Notes under the pieces: generated by a model | The model's database searches: none | The model's input: only the letters and a program-made list of their open reading frames with translations | What the model was told of the DNA's origin: nothing | Shown here: positions 42,057 through 51,145 of the stretch, piece by piece | Layout: every line of letters begins with the position of its first letter | Position numbering within the stretch: the stretch's first letter is position 1 | Made by a program: the position numbers and the translations under genes | NCBI GenBank assembly: GCA_944392155.1 | Contig: CALXVR010000001.1 | Span: 18,309 to 82,308, forward strand | DNA: 64,000 nt | Origin: an uncultured Alphaproteobacteria bacterium | GTDB lineage: Bacteria > Pseudomonadota > Alphaproteobacteria > RF32 > CAG-239 | Reading direction: 5' to 3'

Positions 42057-42490
42057 GATTTCTTGTTTTTAAGGTTTTCTCTTTTAGGCTCCATTTTTTC
42101 GGGAGCTTTTTCCTCTACACAGATAACACCGTTTGTCAGATACAAAGCCTTAGACAAAGGCATTTTGGTGAGCAAAGAAAGAACTTCTTCTTCACCGATG
42201 ATGTTGTCCATCGTTTCGGCAAAATCCAAAGCACATTCTTCTTCTTCCGGCAAGTTTCCGCGGAATGCCAGATAACGTCTGTCCAGCTCGTTCTTAATGT
42301 TTTCAATCAGGTCTCCCAAAAGAATTTTCTTCTCACAAGATTCCTTGTCCTCATCAAAGAATACCTCATCAAAAAAATGGAGCATGTTAAGGTCATTAAA
42401 TGCTTCCATTTGTGCTTTCAACAAGACTGTTGTCGGCATTAAATAAAAACCGGATAAATTCTCAGTTGAAAAAAAATAAGCACTTTCCAT
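41984..42490 (-). CDS. Hypothetical ~150-aa acidic protein (P3), the first gene of the operon. Its 3' end overlaps P2 by 73 nt in another frame, so the true stop or frame is uncertain.
   Basis: ORF with an acidic core (DEVFFDEDKESCEKKILLGDLIENIKNELD). The C-terminal 24 aa look like out-of-frame P2 sequence. Confidence 0.4.
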   Translation of the reverse strand: MESAYFFSTENLSGFYLMPTTVLLKAQMEAFNDLNMLHFFDEVFFDEDKESCEKKILLGDLIENIKNELDRRYLAFRGNLPEEEECALDFAETMDNIIGEEEVLSLLTKMPLSKALYLTNGVICVEEKAPEKMEPKRENLKNKKSCETLRSSRQRKSKNSARHQSSKS

Positions 42491-42639
42491 AAGAAAATAT
42501 TTTTTTAGTAAAACAATAGGTTAATTTAGAAAATATTGTGCCTTACGCCAAAAAGAAAACGAAAAAATCCGTAATCATTCATCATAAATCCACAATAATT
42601 TTCTTTAATTCTTATGCGATAGCATATTTTTAGACAAAA

Positions 42640-42675
42640 AACAACAAAAAAACCGCAGATTTTTCTGCGACTTTC
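42640..42675 (-). terminator. Intrinsic terminator downstream of dnaJ
   Basis: On the minus strand, gtcgcag-aaaaat-ctgcggt followed by a T7 run. Confidence 0.5.
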
Positions 42676-42691
42676 AAAAATTACTTTTATA

Positions 42692-43843
42692 TTAGGAAGC
42701 TTTGTTGAATAAATCTTTGATTTTATCAAAGAATCCTTTAGTTTCCGGCTGGCAGGAATCATCATTGCTGATATCTCTAAACTGCTCCAACAGCTCTTTT
42801 TGCTTAGCGGAGAGGTTAACCGGTGTTTCCACCCGATATTTAACAAACAAGTCGCCGCGCCCTTTAGAGCGAATAACTGTCATACCTTGACCGCTGATTT
42901 TTTGAATCTGGTCAGATTGTGTTCCGGGCTCAACTTCTAACTCAATACTGGAGCCGTCAATGGCCGGAATTTCAATTTTACCGCCCAAAGCAGCGCAAGC
43001 CATACTGACCGGTACACGCATATAAAGGTTAGAACCTTCGCGGCTAAAGATTTTATGTGGTTTAACACTGACAAAAACATACAAGTCCCCGTTTTCGCCG
43101 CCTCTGATACCGGCTTCACCCGCCCCCGGAATCCGCATTCTGGTGTCATCCTCAATTCCGGCAGGAATCTTAACTTTGAGAGTTTTGTCTTTATTGATAA
43201 TACCGCTACCACCGCATTTTTTGCAGGCTTCTTTAACCAAACGTCCGGTACCTTTGCACTTAGGGCAAGTCGTTTCCACAATAAAGAAACCGCCTTGTTG
43301 CTGATGAACACGTCCAAAGCCGCCGCATTTGTCGCAAACGGGGGCTTCCGAACCGTCTTTTGTGCCGTGTCCATGGCAAGCTTCACAAGTTTCGGTAGAG
43401 GGCAGCGTAATTTCTTTTTCAACGCCGTTAAAAGCCTCTTCAAGGCTGATTGAAAGGTTGTAGCGAACATCGGCACCGCGTTGCGCATAGGATCGTTGTC
43501 CGCCGCGAGAGCGTCCGCCACCCATAAATTCAGAGAAGACATCGGCAAAAATATCTGAGAATCCGCCTGCGCCAAAATTAAACTCAAACCCGTTAAACGG
43601 ATTTCCTCCACCGCCGTTAGCAAAAGCCTGATGCCCATAGCGATCATAAGCCGCACGTTTTTGGCTATCTTTAAGCACATCGTAGGCTTCGTTGATTTTC
43701 TTAAATTTTGCTTCAGCTTCCTTATCCCCGGGGTTACGGTCGGGGTGATATTTCATTGCCAAGCGCCGATAAGATTTCTTAATCGTATCGCCGTCTGCAT
43801 CACGAGAAACTTCCAATAGTTCGTAGTAGTCTTTTTCAGTCAT
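42692..43843 (-). CDS. dnaJ: Chaperone DnaJ, type I with Zn-finger
   Basis: J domain (DYYELLEV...KKSYRRLAMKYHPDRNPGD). G/F-rich region. Four CxxCxGxG zinc-finger repeats. Start trimmed to MTEKDYY; the ORF-track 5' extension is junk. Confidence 0.9.
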   Translation of the reverse strand: MTEKDYYELLEVSRDADGDTIKKSYRRLAMKYHPDRNPGDKEAEAKFKKINEAYDVLKDSQKRAAYDRYGHQAFANGGGGNPFNGFEFNFGAGGFSDIFADVFSEFMGGGRSRGGQRSYAQRGADVRYNLSISLEEAFNGVEKEITLPSTETCEACHGHGTKDGSEAPVCDKCGGFGRVHQQQGGFFIVETTCPKCKGTGRLVKEACKKCGGSGIINKDKTLKVKIPAGIEDDTRMRIPGAGEAGIRGGENGDLYVFVSVKPHKIFSREGSNLYMRVPVSMACAALGGKIEIPAIDGSSIELEVEPGTQSDQIQKISGQGMTVIRSKGRGDLFVKYRVETPVNLSAKQKELLEQFRDISNDDSCQPETKGFFDKIKDLFNKAS

Positions 43844-43882
43844 TTTTTTGCGCAAATTTTTTAATATTAAACAAACTTTACC

Positions 43883-43914
43883 CTTATTTAGGTTGAATAA
43901 AACCAAAACGCAAG
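43883..43914 (-). promoter_or_regulatory. Candidate RpoH (sigma-32)-type promoter of dnaJ: CTTG-N18-CCTAAATAAG
   Basis: Same architecture and spacing as the elements upstream of dnaK and the cbpA-like gene. It fits the alphaproteobacterial RpoH consensus CTTG-N17-18-CYTATNTNG. Confidence 0.35.
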
Positions 43915-44058
43915 AGCTTTTAAGCAGATGTAAGGTAATTTTTAATAATTTTCTGCTAAATTTCAGATAGTAAATAAATTTAGACAAAATATATTGCCAA
44001 AATACACAAAATATGGTAATGTAAAGTCATATTTAAAAGTTTTTTAGGAGAGTTTCCA

Positions 44059-47000
44059 ATGGCTGATATTAAAGAAGTTTATGCACAAAGTGAAGAATAT
44101 CAAGATTATGTGCGTTATAGTGGCGAGAAAGAGCCCACGGTAGACAAGTTCTTGGATACTCTGAACCCATCTCAAAGAGAAGAATTTATAAAGAAATACG
44201 GACAAGAAAATCAGCCGGAAAAGAATGCTAAAGAAGATACCTTTATGGCCGAATATAAAGGCAACCATACCGAAGAAGAGATGGAGAAGTTAGCCGAAAA
44301 CTACGCAGACAAACTTCTCGAAGTAGATTCTCTGGAAAAATTGGAAACATGGTTTGCTTATGGCTCAGAGCTGGTATTCGGTGGAGAAGTAGGTAGCAGA
44401 ATAGATACAAGCAAAGTCAGAAATTACCTTACTCAGGCAGGTTTTTTCCGCTATAACTATAATGATTTGACAGAAAATACAGAAGTAGGTCAAAAATTAA
44501 AAACGAACTTCTCTTCGGTCAATATTAGAGATATAGAAGACAGAGAAGATTTAATGATGGTTCTTTGTCTTGATGCAATGAACACCAATCATCGTATCCC
44601 TGTTTCATATAATATAGAAAAATGGAAAGACCTTCCCACAAGCGGCAAGTCCAATAAATATCTGGATGCCATTTTTAAGGCTGGCGCCGAATATAATAAG
44701 AGCAAGCAAAAAGGCAATATATTGGATGTCAAACAGCCTAATAATAACGAAATTAGCGACAATCAGCCTGTAAAGAACGAATTGGAAGATATTTTGGGCA
44801 AAGACGAGTACGAGCGCATTGAAAGCATGTACTCCGACCAGAACGAAGTTTGGCTTGATCGCATTCGTGTTAAAGTCCTCCAATCCATGAACAAAGTGGA
44901 CGGCAGCATAAAAGTTGATGACTTGCCGGTAGAAAAGCTGGTTAATGAGGTCAAAAAAGCTGATGAGCTAAATGATAAGGAACGTGAGGAATATCGCAAA
45001 CGCGTTGAACAACATTTGCAAATGGAAATGAACTTTGACCTTGTTCCGCCAAAAGCTCTGGCACAATGGGAAAGAAACCTCAATAAGGATATTGCCGAAG
45101 CCAAGAAAAAAGATGCCAAAGCCAACACCAACAATGAGGAAACGGTTTTAGCAACTATCCATGAGCGTATGGATAGTATGATTAATGATATGGCTAACCG
45201 TACGGGTTACTACTTTGTAGATACAAGTAACATTGCCGATGTTTATGACGGCTATGTTGAGATGATAGACATCCGCAACCAAAATAGAAACGGCAAAGGT
45301 GCCAAAGGCATTTTGGATGAATGGATGACCAAATATGAGCAAGATTTCGGCTTATATGGCAGGACGCAAAATGATGCCGAGAAATTGGAATCCATCGCTA
45401 AAGATACCGAGCAAAAACTGGCTGATTTCAAGCTCAATGCCGACAATCAAAAGATTCTCAACGCCTTAAGTGTTAAGGGCGTAAGCAAGGAAGAATTAGC
45501 TGAAGTTTTGATGCTTACCGCCAAGAGCGATGCCTTGGATGATCAGGTTTTGATGGAAAGCAAAACCGCTGACAAAAAAGACATTCATGCTTCAGCCAAT
45601 GATGAGTTTTTGAAGAGCGTATTTATGTTTGTTAACGCAGATCGGAAAGCACAAAAACAAGCTCCGATTCCTTTTAACAAACTAAAGACTGACTTGCTCA
45701 ACGGTCAAACTTATACGTTTTCTGCAGAAGGTTGGGATGGTGCTAAAGACAAATGGGTTAACCAAAAGACTAGCAAATTTGATCATCTGGCTAAGAAAGT
45801 AGGCAAGCAGGCGCCGATAATCAATCGCTTGTACGCGCCGGTTAGCAAGATAGACAAACTGGCCAACGCCCGTTTTGAAGAAAAAGCCGACACCAAAAAT
45901 TTCCGCAAAAACTTCTGGAGGGGTTTAGCCGGAAACGCAGCCTTGGTTGGCGGTATTTCCGCAAGCTTTGCCGTCGCCAGCCGCATTCCTGGTGCGCAAC
46001 CCTATTGTGCTTATGCTTCAGCCGGTTTGGCTCTTGTCGGTATGACGGTTGCCTATCAGCAACGCCGCCGCGCCGCCCATGCACAAGGCAAGAAATACAA
46101 GTTTTATAAAGACCCTGAGCTCTTGAGTAATATGCTTTTGAGTGCTGCAGCCTATGGTGCGGTTGCTTGGGGTCGTCCGGAAGGTTTATATGCCGTTATG
46201 GGCGCAAATATGGTCAGAAATGGTTATTTCTCCTTTAAGAAAGCCAAGAAAGCCGGAATTAAGACAGGTGAAGCCACATTAATGACGGTTGCTTCCGTTG
46301 CTATTACGCCTTTGGCAGCTTGGGGCGGTCAAAAAGTCGGCAATGGCATTGGTGAAATGCTTTCTGCCGAAAACGGACCTTTTGGACATTGGTCTGAACA
46401 AGGTGGCGAAATCATCCCCGGTGAAAAGCACGAGATTAAGACTTATGACCAAAAACACATTGACAAAGCCGAAACCTGGAACAACAGCGATGGCGTAAGC
46501 CATGGTGCGCGTTATACGCCGGATGGTTCTCAACCGATGGAATCAGCTTTTCACGCTCACGGAACTTATAATGAGGCTTTGAGCAATTTGCAACAACATC
46601 ACACGGGCTGGGCACCGGAAGCTGCGGATGTTAACCTTGCCAAACTTGAAAACGCGCATTTATTAGGTGCGCCGGATACACCTTTGGCGCAAGACCCGTC
46701 TCGCACTTTGGGTGATATTATGGGTGTAACCGATGCCAACGGCAACCACATAACTTATGAAGATGTCTTCAAGCACTTGAGTACCAACCCGCAACAACCG
46801 TTAAGTCCGGCTGAAATACAGGTTATGGATAAAGTTGCATTACATATCAGTGCTGATGCCAATGGTCATATGGGGCACTTAATTCCGGATGTCGGTATCA
46901 AGCCGGAAGACTTATATTCTTATGACCCATCTCGTCCGGATGGTATTCAGTATGATAGATGGCAAGATCCTGACAGAATCATCCCCGGTGAGAGAGTTTG

Positions 47001-47859
47001 GGTTCCGAATGAACCGGAAAATATTGTTCCCTACATTCCGCCATACTTCTTTGCCCAGGTAAAGAAAGTTAAGCTGATGAAGGAAAAAATCGGTTCTATT
47101 GCCGACCGTTTGCTGAAGAGAAAGAAAACTCAAGATGACAAACAACCCGGTAAGGATAAAAATGAGCCTGTAAGAACCATCGTAACTCCGGTCAAGGACG
47201 ATAAGGATACAGTAAGGACCGTTGTTACTCCGGGTAAGGACGACAAGGATACGGCAAGAACTATCGTGAAACCGGTCAAGGACGACAAGGATACGGTAAG
47301 AACCGTTGTTACTCCGGGCAAAGATGACAAAGGAGATACATTAGAGCAAAGATTAATGGGCTTGCAAGGTGATAATGTTTATTATGGTCCGACATCAGGT
47401 GAGGTTGCTTATAATGAGGTAGAAGGTTTGGAAGAAAAAGCTGAATCTAAGAAAAACACCAAGCCGGAAGATAAAAAACGCTATGAACTGACGGAAAAAG
47501 ATAAAGAAACCAAAGAATATAGCGAAGCTTTATCAAGAGCCTTGAATGGTGATGCTAATGCCATAGAAGTATATCGCCAAAAACGCGAGAAAGAAGAGAG
47601 CATTAAGGCAGAAGTTCGTGAACAAGTTCAAAAACAAAAAGAGGTTTTGAAGGCACGCCGACATGAAAACAAAGGCAAAATGCATGGGGCAGTTGTTGCA
47701 GACCGCTTTGCCGAGGAGGATATTCATGGTGTTGAAATGTCCGAGAACACGCCTGAAGGCTATAAACAAGCTCAAAAGCAGCGCGAAGCCGATAAGAAAG
47801 AGTTTAAGGAAACCGGCAAAATCGTCCGCTTTATGAGAATGTTTATAAAGGAGAAATAA
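44059..47859 (+). CDS. Giant lineage-specific protein (1266 aa). It has a charged helical N-terminal half, a central hydrophobic block with about four TM helices, a Gly/His-rich region, four 14-aa tandem repeats and a K/E-rich tail. Candidate secreted or effector-like membrane protein.
   Basis: Strong RBS aggagag. The uninterrupted 3.8-kb ORF is implausible by chance at this AT content. TM cluster WRGLAGNAALVGGISASFAVA...GLALVGMTVAY...LLSAAAYGAVAWG...LMTVASVAITPLAAWGG. Confidence 0.8.
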   Translation: MADIKEVYAQSEEYQDYVRYSGEKEPTVDKFLDTLNPSQREEFIKKYGQENQPEKNAKEDTFMAEYKGNHTEEEMEKLAENYADKLLEVDSLEKLETWFAYGSELVFGGEVGSRIDTSKVRNYLTQAGFFRYNYNDLTENTEVGQKLKTNFSSVNIRDIEDREDLMMVLCLDAMNTNHRIPVSYNIEKWKDLPTSGKSNKYLDAIFKAGAEYNKSKQKGNILDVKQPNNNEISDNQPVKNELEDILGKDEYERIESMYSDQNEVWLDRIRVKVLQSMNKVDGSIKVDDLPVEKLVNEVKKADELNDKEREEYRKRVEQHLQMEMNFDLVPPKALAQWERNLNKDIAEAKKKDAKANTNNEETVLATIHERMDSMINDMANRTGYYFVDTSNIADVYDGYVEMIDIRNQNRNGKGAKGILDEWMTKYEQDFGLYGRTQNDAEKLESIAKDTEQKLADFKLNADNQKILNALSVKGVSKEELAEVLMLTAKSDALDDQVLMESKTADKKDIHASANDEFLKSVFMFVNADRKAQKQAPIPFNKLKTDLLNGQTYTFSAEGWDGAKDKWVNQKTSKFDHLAKKVGKQAPIINRLYAPVSKIDKLANARFEEKADTKNFRKNFWRGLAGNAALVGGISASFAVASRIPGAQPYCAYASAGLALVGMTVAYQQRRRAAHAQGKKYKFYKDPELLSNMLLSAAAYGAVAWGRPEGLYAVMGANMVRNGYFSFKKAKKAGIKTGEATLMTVASVAITPLAAWGGQKVGNGIGEMLSAENGPFGHWSEQGGEIIPGEKHEIKTYDQKHIDKAETWNNSDGVSHGARYTPDGSQPMESAFHAHGTYNEALSNLQQHHTGWAPEAADVNLAKLENAHLLGAPDTPLAQDPSRTLGDIMGVTDANGNHITYEDVFKHLSTNPQQPLSPAEIQVMDKVALHISADANGHMGHLIPDVGIKPEDLYSYDPSRPDGIQYDRWQDPDRIIPGERVWVPNEPENIVPYIPPYFFAQVKKVKLMKEKIGSIADRLLKRKKTQDDKQPGKDKNEPVRTIVTPVKDDKDTVRTVVTPGKDDKDTARTIVKPVKDDKDTVRTVVTPGKDDKGDTLEQRLMGLQGDNVYYGPTSGEVAYNEVEGLEEKAESKKNTKPEDKKRYELTEKDKETKEYSEALSRALNGDANAIEVYRQKREKEESIKAEVREQVQKQKEVLKARRHENKGKMHGAVVADRFAEEDIHGVEMSENTPEGYKQAQKQREADKKEFKETGKIVRFMRMFIKEK
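47170..47340 (+). repeat. Four 42-bp tandem repeats inside the giant ORF encoding VRT(I/V)VTP(V/G)KDDKDT
   Basis: Direct reading gives gtaagaaccatcgtaactccggtcaaggacgataaggataca repeated four times with few substitutions. Confidence 0.85.
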
Positions 47860-47871
47860 CTTTTAACCCCG

Positions 47872-47905
47872 AATGCCGAGCCTAATGCTCGGCGTTCTCT
47901 TTTGC
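47872..47905 (+). terminator. Intrinsic terminator after the giant ORF
   Basis: gccgagc-ctaat-gctcggc hairpin followed by gttctctttt. Confidence 0.6.
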
Positions 47906-47978
47906 AAAATTAACTTTAATTAAATTAAAATTATGCCATAATGTCCTTCAGACATCACTTTGGTAATAGAGGTAATAT

Positions 47979-49475
47979 ATGCTGACACTGAAACATCTGC
48001 CTATTCACTCCTTTAATGAAAATTTGGCTTATGTCCATAAGGATTGCACGGCTTATAAGGTAGATGACATCCGCTCTTTAACCAAGGTAGAAATTCATGG
48101 CGGTGTTAAGCCTGTTTTTGCTTTTTTACAAATTGTCGATGACCCAAAACTCTGTAAACCCAATGAGTTAGCCTTAAATACGGAGGCCTATGAGCAGATA
48201 AATTTACCTGAAGGAGCCAATGTCTCGCTGACATTAGCCTCTCCGCCGCCGAGCTTAGCCTCAATTAAGCGTAAAATTGCCGGCAATATTTTAAGCTCGG
48301 GCGAATATAGTGCCATCATTAACGACATTGCCTCCAAAAGATATTCTAATATGGACATCGCCTCATTTTTGGTTGCCAGCGGTTCGTTTATGAGCGCACC
48401 GGAGGTTCTGGCTTTAACAGAGGCCTTAATCGGCGACAAAGTTTTGCATTGGGATAACGAGAGCATTGTGGTTGATTGCCATTGTTTGGGAGGTGTCCCC
48501 GGTAATAAGACGGATATAATCACCACGGCGATTGTTGCCGCTTATGGTTTGCCGATTCCCAAAACCTGTTCTCATTCTCTGACTTCTTGTGCCGGTGTCG
48601 CGGATACTTTTGCGGTTTTGGCCAATGTAGATATTGATGAAAAAGAGCTCAAGCAGCTCATCAAAGAAAACAGAGGGGCTATTGCCAGTTACAACTCATT
48701 AGACATTGCACAAGCCAACAAAATAGTATCTTCGGTAGAAAGACAAATCGGCATCACCCAACAAGAACATATTGCCGCTTCAATCTTAGCCATCAAACTT
48801 TCAGCGGGAGTAACGCATTTGGTGGTAGATATCCCTGTCGGACCAAAGTCGCGCATTAAGAATACCAATGAGGCTATGCGTCTGCGCAAGCTTATAGAAT
48901 ATGTCGGAGATATGCTCTCCATAGAAATAGATGCCGTAATCACCGATGGTTCCGAACCCATAGGCAACGGTGTCGGTGCGGTTTTGGAAGCCAGAGATGT
49001 TATGAAAGTTTTACGCAATAAGGATGACGCTCCGCAAGACTTACTTGAAAAATCGCTGTTTTTGGCGGGCAGAATGCTGGAGTTTGACCCCAAACTTCGC
49101 GGTGGACAAGGCTATCATGTCGCCAAAGAGATTTTAACCTCTGGACGCGCGCTTGAGGTCATGAATCAGATTATTCATGCTCAAGGCAAAGCACCGCAGC
49201 CTCAGCTCGGGCATTTGACCAGAGATATCGTTTCGAATGTCAGCGGCGTGGTTGAGGCCATAGACAATGCGCGTATTAACAAAATCGGTATTTGGGCGGG
49301 CGCTGGTCAATATCCGGGAGCCGGACTGGATTTAATGAAAAAAGTCGGAGATACGGTAGAGCAGGGAGAAACCTTATACCGTATACACTCTTGCAATTCA
49401 ACAGACTTTGCTTTTGCCAATTCGGTTGTGGATGGCTATACGGGTTATGAGATTTCCGGTCGCGGAGCTTATTAA
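47979..49475 (+). CDS. Thymidine/AMP phosphorylase-family protein (~500-aa 'putative thymidine phosphorylase' type with an N-terminal extension domain)
   Basis: Glycosyl-transferase family 3 core (...HCLGGVPGNKTDIITTAIVAAYGLPIPKT...). Pyrimidine-nucleoside phosphorylase C-terminal domain. ~90-aa N-terminal domain as in archaeal AMP phosphorylase. Confidence 0.7.
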   Translation: MLTLKHLPIHSFNENLAYVHKDCTAYKVDDIRSLTKVEIHGGVKPVFAFLQIVDDPKLCKPNELALNTEAYEQINLPEGANVSLTLASPPPSLASIKRKIAGNILSSGEYSAIINDIASKRYSNMDIASFLVASGSFMSAPEVLALTEALIGDKVLHWDNESIVVDCHCLGGVPGNKTDIITTAIVAAYGLPIPKTCSHSLTSCAGVADTFAVLANVDIDEKELKQLIKENRGAIASYNSLDIAQANKIVSSVERQIGITQQEHIAASILAIKLSAGVTHLVVDIPVGPKSRIKNTNEAMRLRKLIEYVGDMLSIEIDAVITDGSEPIGNGVGAVLEARDVMKVLRNKDDAPQDLLEKSLFLAGRMLEFDPKLRGGQGYHVAKEILTSGRALEVMNQIIHAQGKAPQPQLGHLTRDIVSNVSGVVEAIDNARINKIGIWAGAGQYPGAGLDLMKKVGDTVEQGETLYRIHSCNSTDFAFANSVVDGYTGYEISGRGAY

Positions 49476-49486
49476 AAGAGGCGAAT

Positions 49487-50422
49487 ATGGGCAAAATCAA
49501 AATAGCCATTATCGGCTGCAACAATATGGGGCAAAAACATCTCAAAACTCTGCGTGAAAACTTTGCTGACAGAGTAGAAATAGTGGGAATTCTAAACTCG
49601 ACGGAAGAATCTTCCGCCCGCCGCGCGGCAGAGCTCAACGTGCCTTATTTTAAGAGCTTGGAAGATATAACCAAAGACAAAGTAGATGCTGCAATTGTTT
49701 CGACCCCGGGTCCGACCCATGCAAAAATCGGCGAAGAATTGCTTTTAAGGGGCATTCCTTGTCTGATAGAAAAACCTTTGGCAACAACTTTGGAGGGTTG
49801 CAAAAAACTAATGGCCGCAGCCAAGGCCGGAAATAGCTTGATTGTTACGGGGCATACCGAAAATTACAATCCTGCCGTAGAGCGTTTGAAGGATGAGTTA
49901 CAAGCCCCGATAACCAGGATTGAGGGGATTCGTACCAGCCGCAATGCGGGTAATAAAACCGGTATAAGTGCCGTTCAGGAACTGATGATTCATGATTTGG
50001 CAATAGTTTATTCTATGTTGGGAGATGACATAAAAAGCACCAAAACCACCAAACGTCCGGATTTAAGCTGGGAAAATCACGCCTTAGCGGAAATGGAATA
50101 TAAAAACGGCGCCAAAGTAAAGCTGGAAGCCTTGCGGGAAGATAAAGACATTGAAAGATACATGAATATAGAAGACGCTCAAGGCAACAAGTTCCGCATA
50201 GAATTTATGACCAGAAGCCTTTATAAAAACGGTAAGCTCTTAACCGAAGGCGGAAATTCTTTGCAAAATGAGCTGGCAAATTTTCTGAACTGTGTTGAAG
50301 GCAAAGAAACCCCGAAAGTCAACACCGAAGAAGCAACGAATATCTTAAAACTTTGCCTAAAATTAGAGCAAAATCCTTCGATGATTGAATATTTTAAAAC
50401 TTATCAAAACAAAGTCAGATAA
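49487..50422 (+). CDS. Gfo/Idh/MocA-family NAD(P)-dependent oxidoreductase
   Basis: N-terminal Rossmann motif KIAIIGCNNMGQKH, and EKP in the conserved position (CLIEKPLA). Confidence 0.8.
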   Translation: MGKIKIAIIGCNNMGQKHLKTLRENFADRVEIVGILNSTEESSARRAAELNVPYFKSLEDITKDKVDAAIVSTPGPTHAKIGEELLLRGIPCLIEKPLATTLEGCKKLMAAAKAGNSLIVTGHTENYNPAVERLKDELQAPITRIEGIRTSRNAGNKTGISAVQELMIHDLAIVYSMLGDDIKSTKTTKRPDLSWENHALAEMEYKNGAKVKLEALREDKDIERYMNIEDAQGNKFRIEFMTRSLYKNGKLLTEGGNSLQNELANFLNCVEGKETPKVNTEEATNILKLCLKLEQNPSMIEYFKTYQNKVR

Positions 50423-50564
50423 TCCAATTATAAAAACAAATTTTCTATTTCGGCTATCCCCATAATCAGAATAATTTAACAAAACTGAAACCTAAAAAGG
50501 CTTGACTTTTTTGTCAATTTTGTGCATTTTAATCTCAAACATTAAACATTAATTTTTTATCATT

Positions 50565-50981
50565 ATGGAACTAGAAGAAGGACGCGCAATTACATTAGCC
50601 GTCGTTAAAAAACGTTTATGGTACGCCCCATGGAAGAAAAAAACAGTGGGCATTCGGTTTAATTTGTTCTTCATTAGTTTGAAGCAACCTAAACCAAACC
50701 TTTTCCGTAAGGCAACAATAAAAAGCCTTTGGCTTCGCCATTGGCAGGAACATGGCCGATTGGGCTCCACCTGGTGCTGGCAAAGAATCTATGAGGAGAA
50801 AAATGCCATTGATGATTTTTTAATAAAAAATGGTGGCGATTCTCTTCCCTCATCGGTGATGACGGAAGATGCTGAGATTTATTATGTTGACGGGAAATTC
50901 CACAGCATTCCCGAAGGCGCATTGAAGACTGAAAAATATGACTATCGTCCGATAGTCAAAAGACCAATGCGCCGCTCATAA
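50565..50981 (+). CDS. Questionable small gene (138 aa, Trp/Lys-rich) with its own predicted promoter/operator and terminator
   Basis: Upstream TTGACT-N17-cattttaat with a perfect palindrome TTGAC-tttttt-GTCAA. A strong terminator (12-bp stem gggtttgaaaca/tgtttcaagccc plus T-run) sits 15 bp after the stop. There is no SD and the composition is odd. Confidence 0.3.
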   Translation: MELEEGRAITLAVVKKRLWYAPWKKKTVGIRFNLFFISLKQPKPNLFRKATIKSLWLRHWQEHGRLGSTWCWQRIYEEKNAIDDFLIKNGGDSLPSSVMTEDAEIYYVDGKFHSIPEGALKTEKYDYRPIVKRPMRRS

Positions 50982-50995
50982 AAAGACAAAAGAAA

Positions 50996-51036
50996 GGGTT
51001 TGAAACAGAGTGTTTCAAGCCCTTTTGCTTTTTTTA
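50996..51036 (+). terminator. Intrinsic terminator
   Basis: gggtttgaaaca-gag-tgtttcaagccc followed by ttttgcttttttt. Confidence 0.6.
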
Positions 51037-51068
51037 TCAAAAAAAAACATAAAAAAATCTCCTCAAAC

Positions 51069-51100
51069 CTTGCTTAACGCTTTTTGGCTTCCTATATAAG
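51069..51100 (+). promoter_or_regulatory. Candidate RpoH (sigma-32)-type heat-shock promoter of dnaK: CTTG-N18-CCTATATAAG
   Basis: It matches the alphaproteobacterial RpoH consensus. The same element recurs upstream of dnaJ and the cbpA-like gene. It ends about 45 nt before the dnaK ATG. Confidence 0.4.
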
Positions 51101-51145
51101 CAATCAGAAAGGAACAAATTTCATAACAAATTGAGGATATAAACA

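Noticed and set aside
43844-43987. 48-aa N-terminal extension of the dnaJ ORF
   Set aside because: The translation is hydrophobic and low-complexity junk from an AT-rich leader. The J-domain begins at MTEKDYYELLEV, so the start was moved to 43843.
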